Shown here: positions 18,902-30,252 of the stretch, piece by piece | Layout: each line of letters opens with the position of its first letter | Position numbering within the stretch: the first letter of the stretch is position 1 | Origin: an uncultured cyanobacterium | GTDB lineage: Bacteria; Cyanobacteriota; Cyanobacteriia; PCC-9006; JAAUQQ01 | Length of the DNA stretch: 64,000 nucleotides | NCBI GenBank assembly: GCA_963718615.1 | Contig: OY970368.1 | Location: 4,512,001 to 4,576,000 of the forward strand | Direction of reading: 5' to 3' | Notes under the pieces: generated by a model | The model's database searches: none | Told to the model about the DNA's origin: nothing | Seen by the model: the letters and a program-made list of their open reading frames with translations, nothing else | Position numbers and translations under genes: made by a program

Positions 18902-21481
18902 ATGGTTAGTACCAATCGTGCAGGTAATGCAGGGGCTCCCTTGCCAGGACTCGTGACCTTAAATCCAGCGACCCTGAGCGGCTACAGCTGGCAGGATTGG
19001 GGCGCAACGGTTACCGCTCAAGACGCGAATCAAACGGTTCAGATCCAAGGAAATGGCTGGAAGAAGATGCCGTTTGCTTACAACATCACGGCAACTACAG
19101 TTTTAGAATTTGATTTTAGGAGCGATCGCCAAGGAGAAGTCCACGGCATTGGTTTTGACAATGATGACTTTGCCACAACCAACCGGTCTTTCCAGCTCTA
19201 TGGCACCCAATCCTGGGGATTTAATAACTATCAAAATTACAGTACTGCTGGGGAATGGCAACATTATCGGATTCCGGTCGGTGAATTTTTCACGGGAGCT
19301 ATGTCCTATCTAACCTTTATTCATGACCAGGATGTTTGGTTTCCCAACGCCAATAGCTTGTTTCGGAATATTCAGGTTTATGAAAATGTAGCCGAACCCC
19401 TGGAATTTACCGTCGGTTCCTTCAGCGGGGTCAAAAGTTTTAGCAATTCAGTGACTCAAGGGGGGAGTTCCCATCTTTATCGCTTTACGGTCAATCAAAC
19501 CAGTGATTTTAATTTGGTGCTAGAAGGGCTAAAGACCAATGCAGATGTTAAGCTTTTGGATGCCCAAGGCAAAGTAATGCAAGTAGGGAATCGCAGCGGC
19601 ACCACCGCAGAATTGCTCTATGAAACCTTGCTTCCTGGCCAATATTCAGTTCAAGTTGAAAGCGTTGAATTCCAGCGAACGACTGGCTATGATCTAATCC
19701 TTTCTGCCGTACCCGACGAAGCCGACACGATTCACAATCTCACGGTGACCTCGGCCACGTATCTCGGAGGCTTGGGCCAGGATAAAGCTAGCGCCATCGA
19801 AATGGCCCCAACCCAGGAGCTGATTGTGGCGGGGAACTTTGGCTCTGCTCAGGCTGGTGCGACAGGGATAACGGCGCGATCGCTCCTCGGTGCAACCTCC
19901 AACAGCCCAGGCCAAATTGTGCGTCTTTCCCCCAGCGGTCGCGAAATCCTTTCGGTCACTCACCTGGGCAATGAGATTAACGACATGGATGTCAATCGTC
20001 AAACAGGGACGATTGCCGCAGTCGGTGATTTTGGCGTCGCGGTGTTGAGTGCAGATGCCAGCCAAGTTCTGTGGACTAAAAACCTGGGCGGTCCGGTGGA
20101 ACGGGTGGCGATCGCCAATGACGGCACAGTCGTCACGCTAAACAACAAAACGGTCACCGTATGGAGCACCAACGGTCAGCAAATTGCCCAATCAACCTTG
20201 GTACGTTCCTACGTAGAAGATGTGGCGATTAACCCCACAACAGGCGCAATTTATGTGACGGGATTTGACAATAAGCGTAATGTCAATAACAACAATAATC
20301 CGGTTCAAGTCGCATTTTTGAATCGTTTCGATCGCAATCTCAATTTCCAGTGGCAAACCTGGGGCTACGACGGCAATACCCTCACCGATGGCCAGAATGA
20401 TATGGCCGACACCCGAGGCTATCGGGTTACCATGGGTCGGGATGGGGAGCTCTATTTCCTCGGTGAAGTTGCCGGGGGAAACTCTATTTTCCGCTGGAAT
20501 GGTCAGGATCGAAGTACACCAACACAAGTCAAATACGACGCCTATAATGATCCCTACAATTCTGGCAGTCCTCATCAAGCCTACTATGCTCGAATCAATC
20601 AAAATACCGGAGAGGTCTTAAAGGGGCAGTTGGCGTTTGCCCGTCTATCGAATGGGAAATCGAATGCCTTTCGGGTGGATGAGGGAACGATCGCGGCGGA
20701 TGAACAGGGCAACATTTACATTGGCGGTCAGGGTTTTTCAACGATTAAGGACCGCGATATTAATCAAATTGGGGGTGAAACCGTTGGTGGTTATGTCAAA
20801 AGTGATTTAACAGCCTTAGTGGTTTCGAGTGATTTCCAATCTCGTCGCCTGTGGACTCCTTTTACCCAAACGACGGGCACAGGTATGGTCCAAGGCTTTG
20901 CAGTGGGCTCAGGACGAGCCGCGCTGCTCGGGACGGTCCAGCAAGGTTCAGTGATTACAAAATCTGCATTAAATCCCAATCCTTTTAATGCCAATGATGG
21001 GGCGCTGGGAGATATTTATCTCGCCACTTGGGGAACCGATACAGAAAGTGGTGTAGCTGCAACCGTAACTGGAACTGCCAATGTTGATACGCTCTTGGGA
21101 AGTCGTTCGATGGAACGATTTATAGGGGGTCAGGGGGGCGATCGCCTCACCGGCAACGGTGGTGCCGATGCCTTTTTCTATGGGGTTGCGAGCGAGGGGG
21201 GTGATGTCATTACCGATTTTGGTGCGGATGATCGCATTGAAATCTCGGCAGCGGGCTTTGGCGCGGGGCTGGTGGCTGGTGTTGGGTTAAGCGCCTTTGC
21301 CTATACGGCGACGGGGGTGTTTACGAATGGGGCGATCGCCTACGGCAACACGGCCACATTTTTGTATAACCAGGGAGTGTTGCGATTTGATCCGGATGGT
21401 TGGGGGCTGCAAACTGCGGTGACGATCGCGACGCTAACGGGGGCGCCGACGCTGTTGGCGAGTCAGATTGCGATTGTCTAA
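18902..21481 (+). CDS. Large secreted protein: beta-sandwich domain, PPC-like domain, beta-propeller, RTX-type Ca-binding C-terminus
   Basis: YRFTVNQ...ADVKLLD...LPGQYSVQV (PPC-like); ATYLGG propeller blade; GGQGGDRLTGNGGADAF...DVITDFG tail; no classical signal peptide. Confidence 0.7.
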   Translation: MVSTNRAGNAGAPLPGLVTLNPATLSGYSWQDWGATVTAQDANQTVQIQGNGWKKMPFAYNITATTVLEFDFRSDRQGEVHGIGFDNDDFATTNRSFQLYGTQSWGFNNYQNYSTAGEWQHYRIPVGEFFTGAMSYLTFIHDQDVWFPNANSLFRNIQVYENVAEPLEFTVGSFSGVKSFSNSVTQGGSSHLYRFTVNQTSDFNLVLEGLKTNADVKLLDAQGKVMQVGNRSGTTAELLYETLLPGQYSVQVESVEFQRTTGYDLILSAVPDEADTIHNLTVTSATYLGGLGQDKASAIEMAPTQELIVAGNFGSAQAGATGITARSLLGATSNSPGQIVRLSPSGREILSVTHLGNEINDMDVNRQTGTIAAVGDFGVAVLSADASQVLWTKNLGGPVERVAIANDGTVVTLNNKTVTVWSTNGQQIAQSTLVRSYVEDVAINPTTGAIYVTGFDNKRNVNNNNNPVQVAFLNRFDRNLNFQWQTWGYDGNTLTDGQNDMADTRGYRVTMGRDGELYFLGEVAGGNSIFRWNGQDRSTPTQVKYDAYNDPYNSGSPHQAYYARINQNTGEVLKGQLAFARLSNGKSNAFRVDEGTIAADEQGNIYIGGQGFSTIKDRDINQIGGETVGGYVKSDLTALVVSSDFQSRRLWTPFTQTTGTGMVQGFAVGSGRAALLGTVQQGSVITKSALNPNPFNANDGALGDIYLATWGTDTESGVAATVTGTANVDTLLGSRSMERFIGGQGGDRLTGNGGADAFFYGVASEGGDVITDFGADDRIEISAAGFGAGLVAGVGLSAFAYTATGVFTNGAIAYGNTATFLYNQGVLRFDPDGWGLQTAVTIATLTGAPTLLASQIAIV

Positions 21482-21574
21482 AGGGTCAGTGGGTTAGCTG
21501 CTCAATAGGCAACGGTAAATGCAGGTTGGCCTGCTTGGCAGTTTTCTAAGAGGCAATTTACCTTTCCCCATCTC

Positions 21575-24217
21575 CTATTCCGCTGCTCCCACCAGCGTAA
21601 ACGCGGCCCAATCATGGGGGTCGGGATAGGTCTGGGCGGTGCTGAGCATGGCTTGGCGGAGGGCTTGGGCTTTGTCTTGGCCCTCACTCAGATGCCGATA
21701 AAACTCCGTCATGAGTACTGCGGTGGAGGTATCAGAAACGGCCCAAAGCGACACGACCACACTGGGGGCTCCGGCTCCCATCCAGGCCCGAGCTAAACCG
21801 ACAACGCCATCTCCGGTCAGCTCTCCCTGCCCCGTATCACAAGCGCTTAGCACCACTAGGTCGGCGTGGAGATCGAGGTCAATGATTTCATTGGAGGTTA
21901 GTAGCCCATCCTGGGCAGGGTCTGAACCACTGCTGGCGAGGGCGATCGCCCCCGGAATTCCAGGCTGAGCCAAACCGCTGCGACTGACACCATAATCCAA
22001 CAGTCCATGGGTCGCCAGATGGATCCAGCGGGCTTGGGGCAGGCGTTTCCGGACTTCTGCTTCGGTAGCCACTGCGCCAATGAGGGGTTGGACGTGGAGC
22101 CTTTGGGCGATCGCCAGGGCTTCTGTTTCTGAGCCAGGGAGCGGTGCTAGCGGTTGTGGAGGGCGATCGGGCCGCAGCGCGACAGCGGGCATGACCGGAT
22201 TTCCCACGATCAAGATGGGGGATAAGGTTGGGGATACGGGATGGGCTTTGGGCTTTGCTAAGATTTTGTGCGGTTGGGTCAACGCTAGGCTCTGAATCGA
22301 GGGCGCAGTCAGTAGCGTATGGCGTTCAATCAAAAACTCGCCATTGGCGGCTTTCAAGGCGGGAAACGGTACAAGGAACAGTGAGCCTTGGGGAACGAAC
22401 AAAACATGCTGATCGGGGTGCTGCGGCAAAAGATCGGCGATCGGTTCAATCAACAACTGATGCAGTCGCTGGAGGGCAGGAGTCGCGTTGGGGGCAGACC
22501 GATCTTGCACCCTCCTTCGGCAAATCGGTTCCGGGTCAAAGCAGCGGGCGCGCTGAATGAGTTGATCGAGCGATCGCTGTTCCTGAATCAACGGTTTGAG
22601 GTTAGTCTTACGATGATAAATTTGGCCCGAGGGCGTGATGACCCAAATGAAAAGGGCCTCAGGAATGCCAAGCTGTTTGCCCTGATGGAGGAAGTCATCT
22701 TCGGGAATTAGGGTATATTCTACGATGGTTGCCTTCTGAGCTTGGGCGACTTGACGCAATTCTGCGAGGTTAGGCGGCGGGACAGTGGGCGGAGCGATGG
22801 CCACATCCTCTGTGGTTTGCAACTTCTGTTTACTCACCAACAAATCTGCAAAGGCTCGACCTCGGCCCCACTCTGCTACTTCCAATGCCGTTTCGGGCTT
22901 TTGCTGGGCGATCAAGACTTGTTGTAACAAGTTATAGGTTCTGGCTTGAGTGTCAAAAAGAGAAACCTTGTCTAAATCACTCAGCCCTTGACGGAGCTGA
23001 TCCAAAACCTGCAAAGCTTGTCTAAGGCGCTGTTCTGCCTCATCCAACTGGCCTGCGGTATAGAGGGCATGGCCCAAATTATTGAGTGTCAAACTGATGC
23101 CGGGGCGATCGCCCATCTCCTCAAATACGGTCAAACTTCGCCGCAAAATCCCCACCGCCTCCTGGGGCTGACGTTGATGATTCTGAATCGCGCCTAGGCG
23201 TCCTAAGGACTCCGCCAGCAGTTTTTGATGGCCCAAATCTTCAGCAGCATAGAGCCCTTTGCGATAATAGGACATTGCTTGGGGGAGTTGACCCTGGGCA
23301 TGGTAGGCTGCTCCGAGATTGAGCCAAATCCAAGCTTGTTGCGTCAAATCATTGAGCTTCTGAGCAAGGCTGAGACTGTGTTCGTAATGGGCGATCGCCT
23401 GAGGATAATCCCCCTGATTGGCCGCCAAAGTGCCCAGACTATTCCAAAAAATAGCCTCTCCTAAACGATTGCCCTCCGCCTCCGCCAACTGCCGCCCCCG
23501 GTCAAACTGTTGTCGGGCTAGATCGTAGTCTCCGAGGGCTTCGTAGACATTGCCCAAATTGCCCAGGGCTCGGCTGAGCAGATTGTTCTCGTTGCGTTGC
23601 TCCAGCAATTGGATCAAGGCTTGGTTAGCCTCAAGGGCTTTGACATACTGGCCTGCTACCTTATAGGCGATCGCTAAATTCCCCAGTACGATGGGAACCC
23701 GCTCTGGAGCCTGGGCCTGGGCGTAGCGCAAACTGGCCTGATAGGGTTCAAGAGCTGCGGCATAACGTCCCTGCTTGGCATAGAGGGTCGCGAGGTTGTA
23801 TTGGGTATCCGCCACTAGGGCTGGGTTCTGAAGTTGCTGAGCGATGGGTAACAGCTGTTCATAGGTGGCGATCGCCGCGTCACTGCGTCCTAGTTGCTGA
23901 TAGACGGTGCTGAGGTTTTGCAGTGTAGAGGCAACGGCAGCGGTGTTCCCTAGGATTTGATACTGCTTCAGCGCAGTCTGCCAAGGGTCAAGGGCGGCCT
24001 CAAGTCGGTTGGCATAGAAATGGTCTAATCCAGTTTGAAAAAGGCGATCGGCTTCAGCCGATGGGTTCGGTGTCGATGGATTCAGTTCGGTTGTTTGGGC
24101 AAGTCTACGATTAGGGCTGGGCAAGGCATCCGCAGGCATGCCAAGCAAGCCACCCATGAGTTCGCAAGTCAAACCCACAAAAATTACCCAGTCCCGGCCT
24201 CCCATAGGCGTCCTCAT
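21575..24217 (-). CDS. TPR repeat plus CHAT (caspase HetF-associated) protease with signal peptide
   Basis: Multiple TPRs (LGNLGNVY, LNNLG); IHLATHG and VVLSACDTG catalytic dyad; WAAFTLVG. Confidence 0.92.
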   Translation of the reverse strand: MRTPMGGRDWVIFVGLTCELMGGLLGMPADALPSPNRRLAQTTELNPSTPNPSAEADRLFQTGLDHFYANRLEAALDPWQTALKQYQILGNTAAVASTLQNLSTVYQQLGRSDAAIATYEQLLPIAQQLQNPALVADTQYNLATLYAKQGRYAAALEPYQASLRYAQAQAPERVPIVLGNLAIAYKVAGQYVKALEANQALIQLLEQRNENNLLSRALGNLGNVYEALGDYDLARQQFDRGRQLAEAEGNRLGEAIFWNSLGTLAANQGDYPQAIAHYEHSLSLAQKLNDLTQQAWIWLNLGAAYHAQGQLPQAMSYYRKGLYAAEDLGHQKLLAESLGRLGAIQNHQRQPQEAVGILRRSLTVFEEMGDRPGISLTLNNLGHALYTAGQLDEAEQRLRQALQVLDQLRQGLSDLDKVSLFDTQARTYNLLQQVLIAQQKPETALEVAEWGRGRAFADLLVSKQKLQTTEDVAIAPPTVPPPNLAELRQVAQAQKATIVEYTLIPEDDFLHQGKQLGIPEALFIWVITPSGQIYHRKTNLKPLIQEQRSLDQLIQRARCFDPEPICRRRVQDRSAPNATPALQRLHQLLIEPIADLLPQHPDQHVLFVPQGSLFLVPFPALKAANGEFLIERHTLLTAPSIQSLALTQPHKILAKPKAHPVSPTLSPILIVGNPVMPAVALRPDRPPQPLAPLPGSETEALAIAQRLHVQPLIGAVATEAEVRKRLPQARWIHLATHGLLDYGVSRSGLAQPGIPGAIALASSGSDPAQDGLLTSNEIIDLDLHADLVVLSACDTGQGELTGDGVVGLARAWMGAGAPSVVVSLWAVSDTSTAVLMTEFYRHLSEGQDKAQALRQAMLSTAQTYPDPHDWAAFTLVGAAE

Positions 24218-27087
24218 AGTCGAGTAAATTCCGGAGGTATGGCATCCGGGGGCAAGGACTGGGCTTCAATCTTCCTAAGGAGTGGCGTTCCTGTTGCGGT
24301 AGGCGATCGCTCTAGGCAAGGATCAGTTTCGCCGGGTCCGGTGCGATCGCGCTCCAAAGCTGGGTCTAAGGCATTCTCTTCAGACCCTTCAGAATTGCCC
24401 CGTTGGGCGATCGCGATTTCCGGTCTAGAGACACAGGAGGATTGACTACCGCCCGTGCTTTGCCGTTGCGCTACTGTTGCAGAATCACCAGCATCAGGAA
24501 TAGTTGGCGTTCCATCATCGCCAGTATTGCCATTGCCAGTATTGCCATTACCGGTATTGCCATTACCAGTATTGCCATTGCTATTACCATTGCCATTGCT
24601 ATTACCATTGCCATTGCCGTTCGGCTTCGTTACCACGGGCTTGGAAACCGCATCGAAAGCTTGATCCTGCAATAAGCCGTAGAGGGCCGTATTGCTGCCA
24701 AATCCGACGATAATACTGGCAGCGAGGCCATCGCGATCGCTGGGAAACTGTGTTGAAGGAAAAGTGGTGTCGTAAAGCGCATTGGGATAAAGCGTGGTGC
24801 CATTCGTATAAGTTGCTGGAGAAATCGCCACAAAATTCCCTTCGCTGTCCTTGGTGACGTAGGGATCCGTGAGCCCTGGAATAGCTTGCCCCACAATCGC
24901 GGGTCCCGAGAAAAAGGCGGCATCTCCCCCTTGCACCAGAATGCGTCCTTGGGTGATTTTCTCCGTCGGGTCTGAATCAGAAGCAGCAATTGTAAACTGT
25001 TGATCAATTAACGTGCGGGTTGCACCGCCAAAGCGAATGATTACCGGTGCATTTAAATCGCCCGCTTGCAGATCCGAAGAGGCCGGTTTGGTCAAAATAC
25101 TGTAGGGAACATCTCCGGTACCGCTATTGTTGGAATCATTTTCAAAGGCAAGGAATATTTGATCATCAGGGGCGATCGCAATTCCCTTACTCTCCAAAAA
25201 GCTCTTAATTTCGGGCACATCGTCCAGATCGAGCCGGACACCCAGACGATCGCTGTCTAGAAGTTCAGAGCCTTGAGCTTGGAAGCGCTTCGCCGCTGTA
25301 ATTTCAACCCCACCCGGTCCCGCTTCAATCGTTTGAACCAAGACATCGCCCGCCGTTGACATCAGTGTTACCGTTCTGCCTGACAGCGCTCCCTTGGCCA
25401 AGAGTTGATTGGTTGCAGTTAGATTCAGAATCCCATCGCCGCCAAATAAGTCAGAGGCTTGTAACTCTCCCGCCGTGATATTTACACCGGAAATAAAGAT
25501 CTGATTGGCGCGAATGCGATCGCTCCCATCCATCACAAAATCGCCCACCCCATCGCCATTAGCATTGGCTTGAAAGGTAATTGAATCGACGTTTAATCCC
25601 AGTTCATTATCTGCAATATCCTCAAGGGTAATGCCATCATCTGCCTCCAAAATGAGATTCGCACCGACACCAAACGCCTCTAATTGAGCGACAGAAAGGG
25701 TATTGGCTCCGTCGTCTGGCACGGCGGCAAACAACTCGCTATCCGTATTCGGCGTCAGTTCGTCATCCAATGTGCCGGAGCCCACTGGCGCGTCAACAAT
25801 CGTTAGGGTTTTCGGGTCAAACAAAACCGTTCCCGGCTGGCCCTGGGGAGCCGCAACGCTGACTTGGCCCGTCAGAGATAAGGCGTTGTGACCGGAAACT
25901 TCTACGAATCCGCCAGTCCCGCTTTGCGGACCGCCTTGAGCCGTGATCTTGCCTTGAAAGCCCGTAGTGTCATCGGCCCAAGCAATCACGCGTCCGCCGT
26001 TGCCCGTTGTGATCCCATCTGCCTGAATCCTCGACTGGGCATCGATCACCGTTTGCCGAGCATTGGGGATTGAACCCTGACCTTGATAGTCACCCCCGAC
26101 CAAAACCACTCCGCCCCCGGAATGGCCAGAGGCGTTGATTTGACCGTTAATAACGCCGACGCGATCGCCCAAGAGCCTGACCGTTCCGCCTTGTCGTCCT
26201 GCAACATTGAGCTGACCCGAGGCGATCGCCACGCCTGGGTCTACCGGAATGCGCTGCTTTTCTAGTCGTATGGTGCCATCAGGGGTAACCGTTAATCTTG
26301 ACGCTTGCTCCGCGCTTTGCAGATCAACTTGCTGTTGCCATAGCTGAGAAAGCGAAGGGATGCTCAGAAGGTCGTTACCAGTGATGTTAGGGCTGAGGGA
26401 AATGCTGCCATTGCCTGGGATGGTGACCGTTTGGGATCCTGCGATCGCTAAGATCGTAATCTCCCCTTCCGGCGCTTTCAGCCTCCCGGTATTGAGGACT
26501 GTTCCGCCCAAGAGACGAATTCCCTGGCCCATACCCACAGTGATCTGGCCTTGATTGAGAATGGAGCCGGGATAGATTGCAGAAAAGCTAAAGCGATCAG
26601 GCACACCATTTAATTCACCGTAGCTCGTACCGCTCAATGCATTGAGCCACCCCCCTGAAAATCCAAGCTGATCCGCTGTCGTGGCCGTAAATGAACCCGG
26701 TAGATCAATCCGGGCATTAACACCGGTCAAAATTCCTGCGGGGTTGATTAAGAATAGATTGGCGTTGCCATTCTTAACTTGTACTAACCCTTCAATTTGC
26801 GACCCTTTGCCCTCGGTGACCCGACTAAAAATATTAGCAATCTCCGGTGCTGCGATGAAGTCAGCAACTTGTTGAATACCGAGACTAAACTGTTGAAAAC
26901 TATGAAACAGATTGCGGCCATTTGCTGAACGCGTACCGCCAGTAATCTCAAAGGTCTGATTTTGAAAAGTGACCTGTGTATTGGTGCCATCATCAGCCGG
27001 CAGAATTGCTTGAGCAAAGGCCGGAAGCGGTGCTATCACAGCAGTAAGCAAGGCGTAGGGAATGAGGATTTGAATGCGCTGCATCAT
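24214..27087 (-). CDS. Filamentous-haemagglutinin N-terminal (TPS) domain exoprotein
   Basis: Signal peptide ending PAFA|Q; NLFHSFQQF, NLFLINPAG, GGFVEVSG; Gly/Asn-rich linker; ATGA overlap with the CHAT gene. Confidence 0.9.
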   Translation of the reverse strand: MMQRIQILIPYALLTAVIAPLPAFAQAILPADDGTNTQVTFQNQTFEITGGTRSANGRNLFHSFQQFSLGIQQVADFIAAPEIANIFSRVTEGKGSQIEGLVQVKNGNANLFLINPAGILTGVNARIDLPGSFTATTADQLGFSGGWLNALSGTSYGELNGVPDRFSFSAIYPGSILNQGQITVGMGQGIRLLGGTVLNTGRLKAPEGEITILAIAGSQTVTIPGNGSISLSPNITGNDLLSIPSLSQLWQQQVDLQSAEQASRLTVTPDGTIRLEKQRIPVDPGVAIASGQLNVAGRQGGTVRLLGDRVGVINGQINASGHSGGGVVLVGGDYQGQGSIPNARQTVIDAQSRIQADGITTGNGGRVIAWADDTTGFQGKITAQGGPQSGTGGFVEVSGHNALSLTGQVSVAAPQGQPGTVLFDPKTLTIVDAPVGSGTLDDELTPNTDSELFAAVPDDGANTLSVAQLEAFGVGANLILEADDGITLEDIADNELGLNVDSITFQANANGDGVGDFVMDGSDRIRANQIFISGVNITAGELQASDLFGGDGILNLTATNQLLAKGALSGRTVTLMSTAGDVLVQTIEAGPGGVEITAAKRFQAQGSELLDSDRLGVRLDLDDVPEIKSFLESKGIAIAPDDQIFLAFENDSNNSGTGDVPYSILTKPASSDLQAGDLNAPVIIRFGGATRTLIDQQFTIAASDSDPTEKITQGRILVQGGDAAFFSGPAIVGQAIPGLTDPYVTKDSEGNFVAISPATYTNGTTLYPNALYDTTFPSTQFPSDRDGLAASIIVGFGSNTALYGLLQDQAFDAVSKPVVTKPNGNGNGNSNGNGNSNGNTGNGNTGNGNTGNGNTGDDGTPTIPDAGDSATVAQRQSTGGSQSSCVSRPEIAIAQRGNSEGSEENALDPALERDRTGPGETDPCLERSPTATGTPLLRKIEAQSLPPDAIPPEFTRL
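24520..24620 (-). repeat. Coding GNGNT/GNGNS low-complexity repeat
   Basis: Repeated ttgccattgccagta-like units encode NGNGNGNSNGNGNSNGNTGNGNTGNGNTGNGNTG. Confidence 0.9.
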
Positions 27088-27277
27088 ATTTTTCCCTTTC
27101 CCAAATGACAAGCTTACGGTCACTATTTTCGCAGTTGTCACGCCTGAATCCGTGATCTTATTGAGAGTTTACAATCAAGCAAGTGTTGGGGCGATCGCCC
27201 TGGACCTCAGTCCGCGATCGCCCCTTGCTTCTCCTAACGTCTCTCCTCGATCGGTTGCCAAGGCTCTTGGCTATCCT

Positions 27278-29953
27278 CTACTCTTCACTGTCATCCGTCG
27301 TAGCCTGAATTTCAGGTTCAGAGATTGCGGGTTCAGAGATTGCAGAACTAGAGCCTTGAAGATTGGAAACTTCAGCAGCCTCAAGCGCTTCAGGTATTTC
27401 AGCTTCTTCGCTCTCGCCGTCTTCGGGCAAGGGCACCACGGCAACAGCGGCGATCGCATCATCATCATCCAAGCGCTGAAGACGAACCCCAGTGGCAGCC
27501 CGCGATTGCTGGGTAATGGCATCCGCTGCTTGGCGAATGATAATGCCGCGATTGGTCACCATCATCAGCTCTTCGTTTTCACCCACAACCTGAAGGGCAA
27601 CCATGGCATCGGCGTCGCCTTTGCTGCGGAATTTAATCGCCCGTAGACCCATTCCGGCCCGCTTTTGCAGTCGGAACTGGCTAACCGGCACCCGCTTGCC
27701 CAAGCCATTGGCCGTAACCACAAGGACCCAAGGGCCTTGGCTTTGAACCGTAGCGTTTTCGTCTTCCCCTTCATCCTCACCGCTTTCGGCAGCCGCCTGG
27801 ATGGCTTCCACCACCTGACTCGATAGAATATCCATCGAAATCACCTGGTCCCCATCCCGCAGCGCCATGGCTCGAACGCCCCTTGTTGCCCGTCCCAGCG
27901 GTCGTAGCTCTTCATGGTTGGCGCGGAAGTGAATGGTCATGGCCTTACGGGAGCCGATCAAAATGCTGTCTTCAGCCCGTGCGAGCCGCACCCAGCGCAG
28001 CAAATCCCCTTCTTCCAAGGAAATGGCAATCAACCCGTTGGAGCGGATATTGCTAAAGGCAGAAAGGGCCGTTTTTTTGATGAATCCCCCCTGGGTTAGC
28101 ATCACCAAATACTCATTATCAGTGAATTCCGAGACCGAAATAATCGAGGTGATTTCTTCCTCACGGGGAATCGGCAGCATCTGCACAATCGGCACCCCTC
28201 GGGAGTTGCGGGAGGCGACGGGGATTTGGAACGCCCGAATGCTATAGACGACGCCGCGATCGCTAAAGAACAAAATATAATCATGGTCACAGCAGGTCAT
28301 AAACTGCTTAATGCCATCATCTTCCTTGATTTTTGCGCCCGCTTTGCCCCTGGTGGCTCGACTTTGGACATCGAATGTATCCACCGGCATCCGCTTGATA
28401 TAGCCCTGTTCTGTGATGAGAATCAGTGCCCGCTCGTTAGCAATTAAATCAATCGTTTCCAGGGAGCCATCGCTTTCCAAAATCTCGGTCAAACGGGGCG
28501 TCGAGAAACGTTCTCGCAGTTGACTAAGCTCTGTTTCGATGATTTCTAGAACCCGTTCTCGCCGCGCCAAAATATCTTGATAATCGGCGATGCGCTCTTG
28601 CAATTCTTCGTGTTCTTTCTGGATCTTTTCGGCTTCTAGGGCCGTGAGACGCCGCAACTGCATTTGCAGAATGGCATCGGCCTGGGTTTCCGAAAGACCG
28701 TAGGATTCAATCAGTTCCTGCTTGGCCATGGGCGCATCAGCAGACCGGCGAATCAGCTCAATAATGGCATCGAGATTTTCCAGGGCAATCAATAAACCCT
28801 GCAACAGATGATCTCGTTCTTCGGCTTTGCGCAATTCATAGCGCGTACGTCGCGCGATGGTTTCGATGCGGAAATCGAGGAAGACCTCTAGGAAGCGTTT
28901 AAGCGTTAGAAGCTGGGGTTCACCATCGACCAATGCCAGCATGTTGGCGCTGAAATTGCACTGGAGCGGGGTTTGTTTGTACAGGTTATTGAGGACAACC
29001 TGGGGATAGGCATCGCGTTTGAGCTCGATGACAATTCGCATGCCATCGCGATCGCTCTCATCTCGAATATCCGAAATACCTTCGAGTTTCTTGTCATTGA
29101 CCATTTCGGCAATGCGCTCGATCATCGCTGCCTTATTGGTTTGGTAAGGCAATTCCGTGATGATAATTGCATCGCGATCGGGTCGTCCCGCATGTTCAAT
29201 CGTTTCGATGCTGGCCACCCCTCGCATCGTCACCGAACCCCGACCGGTGGTGTACACTTCGCGAATGCCAGATCGTCCTAAAATCTGGGCTCCGGTGGGA
29301 AAATCTGGGCCTTTGATGTATTGCATCAAGTCCAGATCGGTGAGTTCAGGATTTTGGATCAACGCGACGGTACCGTCGATCAATTCACTCAGGTTATGGG
29401 GCGGAATATTAGTCGCCATTCCCACCGCAATTCCGGAGGATCCATTCAGCAAAAGCTGAGGAATTCGCGACGGCAGCACGGTGGGTTCCTGTTGCGAACC
29501 GTCGAAGTTATCGGCAAAGTCAACGGTTTCCGATTCGATATCCTGGAGCAACGCATCCGTGGTCAGCGCATGGAGACGCGACTCGGTATAACGCATGGCG
29601 GCGGGTGGATCGTTGTCGACGGAACCGAAGTTGCCGTGGCCGTTGATCAGGGGCGATCGCATGGAAAAGTCCTGAGCCATGCGCACGAGGGCATCGTACA
29701 CCGCTGTATCGCCGTGGGGGTGGTATTTACCCAACACTTCCCCGACCACACGGGCACATTTTCGGAAGGGGCGATCGGGGGTCAACCCCAACTCATACAT
29801 GGCGTAGAGAATGCGGCGATGCACTGGCTTGAGGCCATCGCGAGCGTCGGGCAGGGCTCGCCCGACGATGACACTCATGGCATACTCCAAATAGGAGCGG
29901 GACATTTCGTTACGGAGGTCCGTTAGGATGATCCGCTCCTGGGAGTTACTCAT
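27278..29953 (-). CDS. gyrA: DNA gyrase subunit A
   Basis: [15 protein letters not shown], GyrA-box QSRATRG. Confidence 0.97.
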   Translation of the reverse strand: MSNSQERIILTDLRNEMSRSYLEYAMSVIVGRALPDARDGLKPVHRRILYAMYELGLTPDRPFRKCARVVGEVLGKYHPHGDTAVYDALVRMAQDFSMRSPLINGHGNFGSVDNDPPAAMRYTESRLHALTTDALLQDIESETVDFADNFDGSQQEPTVLPSRIPQLLLNGSSGIAVGMATNIPPHNLSELIDGTVALIQNPELTDLDLMQYIKGPDFPTGAQILGRSGIREVYTTGRGSVTMRGVASIETIEHAGRPDRDAIIITELPYQTNKAAMIERIAEMVNDKKLEGISDIRDESDRDGMRIVIELKRDAYPQVVLNNLYKQTPLQCNFSANMLALVDGEPQLLTLKRFLEVFLDFRIETIARRTRYELRKAEERDHLLQGLLIALENLDAIIELIRRSADAPMAKQELIESYGLSETQADAILQMQLRRLTALEAEKIQKEHEELQERIADYQDILARRERVLEIIETELSQLRERFSTPRLTEILESDGSLETIDLIANERALILITEQGYIKRMPVDTFDVQSRATRGKAGAKIKEDDGIKQFMTCCDHDYILFFSDRGVVYSIRAFQIPVASRNSRGVPIVQMLPIPREEEITSIISVSEFTDNEYLVMLTQGGFIKKTALSAFSNIRSNGLIAISLEEGDLLRWVRLARAEDSILIGSRKAMTIHFRANHEELRPLGRATRGVRAMALRDGDQVISMDILSSQVVEAIQAAAESGEDEGEDENATVQSQGPWVLVVTANGLGKRVPVSQFRLQKRAGMGLRAIKFRSKGDADAMVALQVVGENEELMMVTNRGIIIRQAADAITQQSRAATGVRLQRLDDDDAIAAVAVVPLPEDGESEEAEIPEALEAAEVSNLQGSSSAISEPAISEPEIQATTDDSEE

Positions 29954-30252
29954 AGAAAAGCTCCAAACTTACGCAAAATGTCGTCGCAAAAAGTAGAGGC
30001 TCGCTGTAATGGCGACCCCTGCTCCGCGTTGATTGTCGTAAGTACATTTTACCATGGGCTGGTCATTTCGTGGGGCGATGAACGATGGCTGAAAGGCTTA
30101 TCCTGACTGGATTTTGGCGATCGCCCTCAACCCCCTCCTTTAGCCCCCCCAACCCTCCTATTTTCGAGTTTGTCAAGCCCTCTGTCCGATCTCATTCCTA
30201 GACCCCTGCTCATCTCCCTATCAAGCCCTCTATCTGGCCCCTATCAAGACCT

